In this document: piece by piece, positions 51,151-58,332 of the stretch | Numbering within the stretch: position 1 is the first letter of the stretch | Layout: each line of letters opens with the position of its first letter | From: an uncultured virus (IMG/VR IMGVR_UViG_3300020048_000037) | Taxonomy: Duplodnaviria > Heunggongvirae > Uroviricota > Caudoviricetes | Virus record (IMG/VR): IMGVR_UViG_3300020048_000037 | Length of the DNA: 64,000 nucleotides | Reading direction: 5' to 3' (one strand) | The notes under the pieces: generated by a model | The model's input: the letters and a program-made list of their open reading frames with translations, nothing else | The model's database searches: none | What the model was told of the DNA's origin: nothing | Position numbers and translations under genes: made by a program

Positions 51151-51962
51151 AAATACAAGAAATAACAGATAAAATAATAAAAAGAATATCAGATTATGTT
51201 GAATTTGATATATATGAAGCATTTGATCAATCAGACTATATAACCATATATGGTGGTGCTGTGAGAGATAGTATAGCAGGCTTAGATATTCACGATGTTG
51301 ATATTCTTTGTATGTCAGAATCCGCAATAGCACTTAGAAATTATATAGTTGAACATTGTGGTTATAAAAATCTAGATTTATATGATTTAGATTCTATTAA
51401 TATGTACAAAGGAATATCATTAATATCAGAGCCTTGGACATTTATAAATAGTAACAATAAAATTATACAAATTATCAGACCAAATTATACTCATTGTAAT
51501 GGTATTATTACAAATTATAATAATTATAATAATATTACTAGTTCTTATATTAAATCATATGTTGATTTGATAAAAAATGTTGATTTATCATGTTGTGGTG
51601 TTTATATAGAAAAAATAGATATGTCAATTGATAATTCAAATAATAAAAAAAGAATAATACTTAAAGAATCATGTAAAAATGCTATATCTCATTGTTTATC
51701 TAAATCATTTGAAATTAATAATTGGGCAAAATTATATAATCAAGAAAGAACATTATATAGAGAATGGAAATTAGAAAATAGAGGTTGGTTTAATTTATAT
51801 CCTACAAAATTTGGGCATAATCAAAACAATAATATATTAAAACACAATAGACACATTAAAATATCTCTATTAGAATTAGAGTCAGATTATAATTATAAAA
51901 TGTGGACAGATTATGAATATTCAAAGCACGAAAAAAAGACAAATATAGATTATCCTTTTTAA
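51147..51962 (+). CDS. Nucleotidyltransferase (CCA-adding/poly(A) polymerase head-like)
   Basis: IYGGAVRDSIAGLDIHDVDIL (GG.VRD..DxD). Confidence 0.75.
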   Translation: MKIQEITDKIIKRISDYVEFDIYEAFDQSDYITIYGGAVRDSIAGLDIHDVDILCMSESAIALRNYIVEHCGYKNLDLYDLDSINMYKGISLISEPWTFINSNNKIIQIIRPNYTHCNGIITNYNNYNNITSSYIKSYVDLIKNVDLSCCGVYIEKIDMSIDNSNNKKRIILKESCKNAISHCLSKSFEINNWAKLYNQERTLYREWKLENRGWFNLYPTKFGHNQNNNILKHNRHIKISLLELESDYNYKMWTDYEYSKHEKKTNIDYPF

Positions 51963-51982
51963 ATAAAAAATAAAAATAAAAA

Positions 51983-52636
51983 ATGACAGATTATAGTAAA
52001 TTAAAATGGGGTAATATAGATGAACGTTCTATTAATTCAATGACGAATGAACTTTTAGATAATGTATATGAAAGATATTTCAAAGTAGAAAAAAATGACA
52101 TAGTTGTTGATATCGGTGCATTTATTGGAGGATTCACATATTCAATATTAGATAGAAAACCTGAACATTGTTGGGTAGTAGAGCCAGTTGAAGAGCATTT
52201 CAGAATATTATATGAAAATCTTAAAGGAAATCCAGTATCTTTTGTAAGAGGTGCAATTTCAGATAAAAACACAGAAGTTATAAAATGGTGTGGTTATGAA
52301 AGTGATTCACCAGGAATAAATTTTAAGAATTTTATAAAAAATAACTGTATTGATAAAATAGATTTTCTTAAAGTGGATTGTGAAGGTGGAGAGTATTTCA
52401 TATTCACAGAAGAAAATTTACATTACTTAAAAAATAATGTTAATAAATTTTCAGGAGAATTTCATCTATTCAACTTAGAATTAAAAGAAAAATTTAGATA
52501 TTTCAGAGACAATATACTTATCAAATTTGATAATTATAATATCACATCTTATGATGGAGTAGATATCAAATGGGATATATTTAATGAACATTTCATAGAA
52601 TATTATTCAGAAATAATAATACATATTAAAAACTAA
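51983..52636 (+). CDS. FkbM-family methyltransferase
   Basis: VVDIGAFIGGF, VEP, IDFLKVDCEGGEY, EFH. Confidence 0.9.
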   Translation: MTDYSKLKWGNIDERSINSMTNELLDNVYERYFKVEKNDIVVDIGAFIGGFTYSILDRKPEHCWVVEPVEEHFRILYENLKGNPVSFVRGAISDKNTEVIKWCGYESDSPGINFKNFIKNNCIDKIDFLKVDCEGGEYFIFTEENLHYLKNNVNKFSGEFHLFNLELKEKFRYFRDNILIKFDNYNITSYDGVDIKWDIFNEHFIEYYSEIIIHIKN

Positions 52637-52641
52637 AAACT

Positions 52642-52971
52642 ATGACTAAAATTGAAGAAATACAAAAAGAAATAGAATACAAAAAAATAGCAATTAAAGA
52701 ATTGGAAAAGCTAAAAAAATTAGAGATAAGACATTTAGCAGTTAAAGATTTATCTGAATTTACAATGCAAGAAAAATGTGAAAAATTTGATAAATTATAC
52801 AATCTTGCGTTATCTGTATTAACAGAAGCAGAAACTAATAAATATTTTGATGAAAATGAATCTCATTTTGATGAGAATGATTTTTTTGAAATAATAGCAC
52901 GTGATGAAACTACATTTTGGGAATATTGTAATTCTCTTGAAGATGATGAAGATGATGATGAAGATGATTAA
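52642..52971 (+). CDS. Hypothetical protein
   Basis: ORF with acidic tail. Confidence 0.65.
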   Translation: MTKIEEIQKEIEYKKIAIKELEKLKKLEIRHLAVKDLSEFTMQEKCEKFDKLYNLALSVLTEAETNKYFDENESHFDENDFFEIIARDETTFWEYCNSLEDDEDDDEDD

Positions 52972-53037
52972 AATATTAAAAAAACATAAAAGTCAAACAA
53001 ATATGTTTGACTTTTTTTGTATATGAATAATTATAAC

Positions 53038-53045
53038 TATCTTTG
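53038..53045 (+). promoter_or_regulatory. Bacteroidota-type -7 promoter box
   Basis: TATCTTTG with upstream TTTG at 53016. Confidence 0.6.
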
Positions 53046-53049
53046 CACT

Positions 53050-53325
53050 ATGAAAACAAAGTATATAGAACATCTAATTGAATTATCAGAAAAGAAAACA
53101 TCTCTTTTAAGAGAATTAAAAGAATCTGTTATATATGAAGAAAAAATATATGATTTAATTCGTTTCGATATGGGGTTTCAAAAAAATTATGTATTATATC
53201 TTATATCAGGTAAAAAAGAATTAAAATCAGGTAGGATATCAGATATTAAATCATATATAAGATTACGTAATATTGACATCAAAACTATACACAACAATAA
53301 TGTTTTATTAACAATAGATAATTAA
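53050..53325 (+). CDS. Hypothetical protein
   Basis: Start reassigned to MKTKYIEH. Confidence 0.65.
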   Translation: MKTKYIEHLIELSEKKTSLLRELKESVIYEEKIYDLIRFDMGFQKNYVLYLISGKKELKSGRISDIKSYIRLRNIDIKTIHNNNVLLTIDN

Positions 53326-53327
53326 TT

Positions 53328-54113
53328 ATGACTCAAGTAGAAAAAATACACAAGGAAATTGATACTGCTCAAGATAGATTATTAAATCAAGTTATAATAC
53401 TCATATCTACAAATGAAATATCAGAAAATCTAAAAACTAAAGCAGAAAGATTAAAGAATTCAGGATTTATTAATAGTGAATTGGTACGTACTTTTGAACA
53501 AAAAAATACACAATTAGTAATAACAAAAAATCAAGCTAATATTATTAATCATTATAAAAATGATTATCCTGGATATAAATTCTTAACTGAAACAGAATTT
53601 GACAGAATATGTAAAAAGTATAATCTAATTTATGCACCTATTTCAAATTATATTAAGGATATACCTGATGACAATTTGAGAGATATTGAAAATATTATTC
53701 CACTAAATAATAATGATATTTCTAAATCTTTTTATAAATATACTAATTTACGTAAATGGCGAAAAGGTGTAACAAAAGAAGCAAAAAATTGGATAATAAA
53801 CTTAGAATCAACATATCACTTAACAGAAGAAGAAGCATCAAGTATGTGTCCATTTAAATTTGAGTCATATAATAATTGGTTCACAGCAGTAGATTGGGTA
53901 TCAACTAAATTTGAAAGAGATGGATTATTCATTGCTGCACCTAAATCTCATTTTAATATCAAAGGATTAAAAAAGAATAAAAAAGGATGGTTTAATGTAT
54001 CTTTTATTGTTGAACCAAAAGATCCAATAGTATTTAGATATGTTAATAGTGGAATACAAGTTATTACTAAATGGGGAGATGAAGCTAATGATCCAAATTT
54101 AATTATATTTTAA
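53328..54113 (+). CDS. Conserved phage hypothetical protein
   Basis: IC.KYNL..Y..DIP..NL; LFIAAP; DPIV..ITKWGDEA. Confidence 0.75.
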   Translation: MTQVEKIHKEIDTAQDRLLNQVIILISTNEISENLKTKAERLKNSGFINSELVRTFEQKNTQLVITKNQANIINHYKNDYPGYKFLTETEFDRICKKYNLIYAPISNYIKDIPDDNLRDIENIIPLNNNDISKSFYKYTNLRKWRKGVTKEAKNWIINLESTYHLTEEEASSMCPFKFESYNNWFTAVDWVSTKFERDGLFIAAPKSHFNIKGLKKNKKGWFNVSFIVEPKDPIVFRYVNSGIQVITKWGDEANDPNLIIF

Positions 54114-54124
54114 TATAACAGAAA

Positions 54125-54397
54125 ATGAAGATTAATTTTAGTTTTGATTATTGTATAGATAATGCTATATTAATAGATTACGTATCACAAAATTCTGGAA
54201 TAGAATGGGATGATGTGTGTGAAATGGAAAGTATATATCGTCATTCTAATAATTTTGAAACACCAATAGCATATCCTTTAATTGAATTAGGAGAAAGTGA
54301 TTGTTCAACATTTCAATATTGGGTGGAACAATTTTTAAAAGAATATAAAAAAGAGATAGGAGATAAAACAGTTTATTCATTATTTATAAATTACTAA
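54125..54397 (+). CDS. Hypothetical protein
   Basis: ORF in operon. Confidence 0.65.
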   Translation: MKINFSFDYCIDNAILIDYVSQNSGIEWDDVCEMESIYRHSNNFETPIAYPLIELGESDCSTFQYWVEQFLKEYKKEIGDKTVYSLFINY

Positions 54398-54409
54398 AAT
54401 ATTAAAGTT

Positions 54410-54772
54410 ATGAAAGTAAGTTTCGAAAAAGTTAGTGCTATTGCACTTGATGAAGTATCAAAATTAAAATATATTTATTTTGATCAAATGACAGGATTAA
54501 TTGGTACTATATTAAACAATTCAGGAGTTGAAAAAATAAATCCAATACCTGAAGATTATTTTATTGCTATTAAAAATGCTATTTGTGATGAATTTCATGG
54601 TGGTATGGAGCCAGAATTTGATACAAAGGAAGCGTTTGAGAATTGGTTGAATATGAATTCAGAACACTACTTCTATATTACAACAGAAGAAAGAAAACTC
54701 ATGGATAATACATGGAGCCAACAATCTCCATACAGAGATAAAAACATACCATATTTATTTCACAAAAAATAA
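54410..54772 (+). CDS. Hypothetical protein
   Basis: ORF in operon. Confidence 0.65.
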   Translation: MKVSFEKVSAIALDEVSKLKYIYFDQMTGLIGTILNNSGVEKINPIPEDYFIAIKNAICDEFHGGMEPEFDTKEAFENWLNMNSEHYFYITTEERKLMDNTWSQQSPYRDKNIPYLFHKK

Positions 54773-54781
54773 ATTCATTTA

Positions 54782-55381
54782 ATGGCAAGCATAAAATTAA
54801 CAAATAAGCAACTCAGACTTATTCAAAAATCATTGGATTTATATTCTCGAATTGGAATTCTACAATTAGACGAAATATTATCAGTACCTACTATTGATAA
54901 TTTTTTATACAAGCAATTCACGCCAAATAAAGAACTACAAGTTGGTGATAATACAACAAGAGGTAAAATTGTTGAAATCGGAGAAGATTTCATAAAAACT
55001 GAAGGTACATGGAGTAATGGTATTGAAATAAAAACATGGAATGATATTGACAAAATAAGATTATCTCCTGATTATGGAATGTTACATGAAACTAGTGATA
55101 AAATAAAAACTAAACTAAACGAAATAAAAGTATTAATAACAGGTGATAATCAATTCTATAACGCATATACTGGGATATATGGTAGTACTACTGATAATTC
55201 TTGTAGAGAAGCATTTGATATGATACAATATATAAGACATGAATTTTGGAAAGCAGATCCAAATCATTCTAATATAACAGTAGACTCCAGTATAACTAAA
55301 TCTTCAATTGATATGCCAATTATTGTTAAATTAGATAATAATCAAGATAATAGAAAAGAAAAACTACACAATTTAAAGTAA
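54782..55381 (+). CDS. Hypothetical protein, RxxK tag
   Basis: Ends NRKEKLHNLK*. Confidence 0.7.
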   Translation: MASIKLTNKQLRLIQKSLDLYSRIGILQLDEILSVPTIDNFLYKQFTPNKELQVGDNTTRGKIVEIGEDFIKTEGTWSNGIEIKTWNDIDKIRLSPDYGMLHETSDKIKTKLNEIKVLITGDNQFYNAYTGIYGSTTDNSCREAFDMIQYIRHEFWKADPNHSNITVDSSITKSSIDMPIIVKLDNNQDNRKEKLHNLK

Positions 55382-55385
55382 AAAT

Positions 55386-55814
55386 ATGGATTTAATTTTT
55401 TTGTTATCTTTAGGATTATTTTTTGGATATGAACTACATAAATTAGTAAAATTTGATTTTTTTTATAGAATTTTTTGTATATCATCAGATTATGGAAAAG
55501 AAATAGTGAAAAAACAAAATTCTGTAGCATTAAAAGAAATACTAAAACAGTCTATTGTTAATTTATACTATACTATAGTTATTTTTTATGGTTTATTTAC
55601 TACTAATAATTATTACTTGTTCTTCATTTTAATTTTAATCGGAATAATTACATCTTTTATTTTTAAAAAAATAAAAATAAGTTGGTTTAGAAAAACAATA
55701 AAAATAATAGATGGTATTTTATCTATTTCAATATTATTAATATTGATAATAAACTTACTTTTTTATAATATGACTGATGCACAGTTATTAACTAAATTTA
55801 TGAATATAATTTAA
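55386..55814 (+). CDS. Membrane protein
   Basis: Several hydrophobic segments. Confidence 0.65.
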   Translation: MDLIFLLSLGLFFGYELHKLVKFDFFYRIFCISSDYGKEIVKKQNSVALKEILKQSIVNLYYTIVIFYGLFTTNNYYLFFILILIGIITSFIFKKIKISWFRKTIKIIDGILSISILLILIINLLFYNMTDAQLLTKFMNII

Positions 55815-55911
55815 TGAATATAAATACAGAACAAATAATACAAACATATTTAGTAGACTTACAACAAGATATAGTAAGTAGAGTTAAATATGTCAAATCT
55901 TTAGAATTAGT

Positions 55912-56649
55912 ATGATGTCAGACAAAAAAACATGTTATCAAAAACCATTATCAGTAATTTGTATAAAATCAAATAATACAAAATTAATAATAGGTGCAAA
56001 ATATTTAGCAACAACAATGTATTACGTATATAATAGTAATGTTAAAAAAGTTGCAATAAAAAATGTTGGTAATTATACTGCTGATTCTTTTACATTAGAA
56101 ACTGGAGAACCATTAATTGATTTAGATGTATTTTTTGTTAATAGTGCTAAAGACTTAGATATAGAAAATAATAATTATGTAGGTAAACTTGTTAGATGCC
56201 GTTATAGTGATAGTAAAATATTAAAAAATGGACAAATATATTATGTTGAAGAACAATTTATAGATAGAACAAAAAAATACCTTAGTTATTATATAAAAAT
56301 TAAAGGTGTCAAACATAAAATTCAGTCATATAATTTTGAAGAACTACCTGTTTCTGAACAAAGAGCAATAAAAATAAAAAATATAGCAGGAGATAAACTA
56401 AAAACAACAGAAACAACACGAAAATTTTTACTTTATACTGAAATTGAAAAAACTGAAATTTTATTAAAATCACTATTATTAATATTATCAGATATTAATA
56501 AAATAGAAAATCTAGATAAATTAAATATTGATATAATTCAACTAATAAAAAATAAATGTAAAAAATATAACGTCATAGAAGATGATATTTATATTTTTCT
56601 AAAAAATGATATAAAATCAATAATTGATTTGTATGGTATAAAAATATAG
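55912..56649 (+). CDS. Hypothetical protein
   Basis: Internal QRAIKIKNI motif. Confidence 0.65.
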   Translation: MMSDKKTCYQKPLSVICIKSNNTKLIIGAKYLATTMYYVYNSNVKKVAIKNVGNYTADSFTLETGEPLIDLDVFFVNSAKDLDIENNNYVGKLVRCRYSDSKILKNGQIYYVEEQFIDRTKKYLSYYIKIKGVKHKIQSYNFEELPVSEQRAIKIKNIAGDKLKTTETTRKFLLYTEIEKTEILLKSLLLILSDINKIENLDKLNIDIIQLIKNKCKKYNVIEDDIYIFLKNDIKSIIDLYGIKI

Positions 56650-56685
56650 AATTTAAAAAATAATATATACAAATAAAAAATAACT

Positions 56686-56964
56686 ATGAAGTATATTAAA
56701 AAATTTGAATTTTTAGAATTTGATATACCAGAGAAAATTAAAAAATTGGCTATCGAATTAGATTTTAAATTTAGAACAACAACAAAAGAAGATATGAAAA
56801 ATAAGACTATCTTCCAAATAATAAAAGAACTTGGCTTTGATAGTGGAGAATTAAGTGGAGTTGAACTAGGGCAAATTCTAATGTATCAGATGAAATTCAA
56901 TAAAATGACTGATAATGAATTCTTAAAATTCTATAATAATTATAAAAAAAATCCTGAAATTTAA
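56686..56964 (+). CDS. N-tag family protein
   Basis: MKYIKKFE. Confidence 0.7.
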   Translation: MKYIKKFEFLEFDIPEKIKKLAIELDFKFRTTTKEDMKNKTIFQIIKELGFDSGELSGVELGQILMYQMKFNKMTDNEFLKFYNNYKKNPEI

Positions 56965-56980
56965 ATTTCAGGATTTTTTT
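56945..56980. terminator. Bidirectional terminator closing the tRNA operon
   Basis: AAAAAAATCCTGAAATTTAAATTTCAGGATTTTTTT. Confidence 0.8.
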
Positions 56981-56981
56981 G

Positions 56982-57052
56982 TTCCATTGTATAGATTCAA
57001 ACTATACCTCTAACATTCAATGTGTTATGTGCTATCGCTACACCACAAGGAA
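56982..57052 (-). tRNA. tRNA-Gln(TTG)-like, atypical
   Basis: Cloverleaf; anticodon stem TAACA/TGTTA, loop CA-TTG-AA (A33); D-loop GA with T-loop TTTGAAT; one acceptor mismatch. Confidence 0.65.
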
Positions 57053-57062
57053 ATATAAAATG

Positions 57063-57133
57063 TTCTTACTCTAAGATTCGAACTTAGTCACTCATTTTCA
57101 GATGATGAGATGCTACCATTACATCAAGAAAGA
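57063..57133 (-). tRNA. tRNA-Gln(CTG)
   Basis: TCTTTCT/AGTAAGA acceptor, D-loop AATGGTA, loop AT-CTG-AA, T arm CTAAG-TTCGAAT-CTTAG. Confidence 0.75.
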
Positions 57134-57134
57134 G

Positions 57135-57220
57135 TCGCCTTGGTGGGGTTCGAACCCACAAGCTCATTATGAGCATCAGTTTCAAAGACTGACATGTTTA
57201 GCCAATTCCATCACAAGGCA
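57135..57220 (-). tRNA. Class II (long variable arm, Leu-like body) tRNA with TTG (Gln) anticodon
   Basis: TGCCTTG/CAAGGCG-A; D arm ATGG-AATTGGCTAA-ACAT; TCAGT-CTTTGAA-ACTGA; V arm GCTCA-TAA-TGAGC; GTGGG-TTCGAAC-CCCAC. Confidence 0.85.
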
Positions 57221-57230
57221 GTGATATTTG

Positions 57231-57302
57231 TTGCTCTATTCGGATTCAAACCGAAACTGCGGACTTCAAAGATCCGATTGCTATCATTACAAATATAGAG
57301 CA
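57231..57302 (-). tRNA. tRNA-Gln(TTG)
   Basis: Perfect acceptor TGCTCTA/TAGAGCA; CGGAT-CTTTGAA-GTCCG; TTCGG-TTTGAAT-CCGAA. Confidence 0.8.
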
Positions 57303-57312
57303 TTATATAAAC

Positions 57313-57396
57313 AAAAAAACCAACTTTAATAATTGGGCATAAAAAAACCCAATCTATAAGATTGGGTAAAAAAACAGACACGACTCTAACCCAATC
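57313..57396 (-). promoter_or_regulatory. Transcription attenuator: antiterminator plus two tandem terminators
   Basis: GATTGGGT (57389-57396) competes with AGATTGGGT (57347-57355) for ACCCAATCT (57359-57367); U-tracts at 57341-57346 and 57313-57319. Confidence 0.8.
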
Positions 57397-57448
57397 AAAC
57401 GAAAGTTTGTTGTTGTTGCTGAGTCATATTTGAAATATTTTTATTCAT
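57395..57448 (-). CDS. Gln-rich leader peptide MNKNISNMTQQQQQTFV
   Basis: ATG..ACT CAG CAA CAA CAA CAA ACT TTC GTT TGA; stop overlaps antiterminator strand. Confidence 0.8.
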   Translation of the reverse strand: MNKNISNMTQQQQQTFV

Positions 57449-57473
57449 TGTAAATTCAATTAAAGTCGTAATG

Positions 57474-57482
57474 TATATAGTA
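57474..57482 (-). promoter_or_regulatory. Putative phage TATATA-type promoter for leader/tRNA operon
   Basis: TACTATATA about 25 nt upstream of leader ATG; same motif precedes many operons. Confidence 0.45.
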
Positions 57483-57493
57483 ATATATTTTTA

Positions 57494-57697
57494 TTAAGTT
57501 TTTTCTATTTTTAAATTTTCTAAATCTTTTTTTGTTGCGATATCAAATAATTGAATATATTCATGTAATTCTAAATCACACAGTCTTTTTTTATTAAACA
57601 ATTCAAACATTGTTTTCCATCCATCAACTTCATTCCAATCCAATAGATAATAATATCCTCTAGCTGGTACTTGTGTATAATCAATTAATTCTTTCAT
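57494..57697 (-). CDS. Hypothetical protein
   Basis: 67-aa ORF. Confidence 0.6.
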   Translation of the reverse strand: MKELIDYTQVPARGYYYLLDWNEVDGWKTMFELFNKKRLCDLELHEYIQLFDIATKKDLENLKIEKT

Positions 57698-57720
57698 ATT
57701 TATATTTATTTTTATTTTTT

Positions 57721-57844
57721 AAAAAGAAACTCTCGCAATAGAAATAAAACAATATAAACTTTTAAAAAATAATGATTAAATTGCGAGAGTTTCAAACGAA
57801 AAAAGAAAAAACACTGCTTCACAGCAAACAAGAATACAAAGATA
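57721..57844 (-). ncRNA. Candidate small RNA or structured leader
   Basis: TATCTTTG box (57837-57844), 14-bp stem GAAACTCTCGCAAT/ATTGCGAGAGTTTC with 40-nt loop followed by U-tract. Confidence 0.4.
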
Positions 57845-57897
57845 ATATAATTTTTTTATATACCAAATTTTTTATATATAAATAAAAAATATTTTTC

Positions 57898-58332
57898 ATG
57901 AAACACATCAAATCATTCAAATTATATGAAACAGGAGAATGGAATAAAAATATAACATGGGAATATGTTAAAAATAATCCTGATGATGATAGTCAAGAAT
58001 CTAATATGATATTTTTTTTAAGTGAAACACTATCAGATTTAATATTATTATTAAATGATGATTATATTAAAATCCTTGATATAAAAGGATATGATATATC
58101 AACAGGACCATATGCTAATGTGAGTATTTTAGGAAATTTTTATAAAATATGGATTTCTAATGAAAGAGATAGCGATTTATATATTGAAAATTTTCCAATT
58201 GATAATTGCTCAGAAATTGACTTAATACCTGGATATATTGGTAGTATTAAAGAAATAGCACACATTATTAATAGCGTTGCTATTAGTGGTGGTTTTGAAT
58301 TATATGACTCAACAAAAAAATTTAATGTATAA
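57898..58332 (+). CDS. Dual-tag family protein
   Basis: MKHIKSFKLYE...KKFNV*. Confidence 0.8.
   Translation: MKHIKSFKLYETGEWNKNITWEYVKNNPDDDSQESNMIFFLSETLSDLILLLNDDYIKILDIKGYDISTGPYANVSILGNFYKIWISNERDSDLYIENFPIDNCSEIDLIPGYIGSIKEIAHIINSVAISGGFELYDSTKKFNV

Noticed and set aside
57313..57482. T-box or glnA riboswitch as the tRNA operon regulator
   Set aside because: No T-box UGGNACC bulge or stem I visible; the leader ORF with a Gln codon run explains the structure better.
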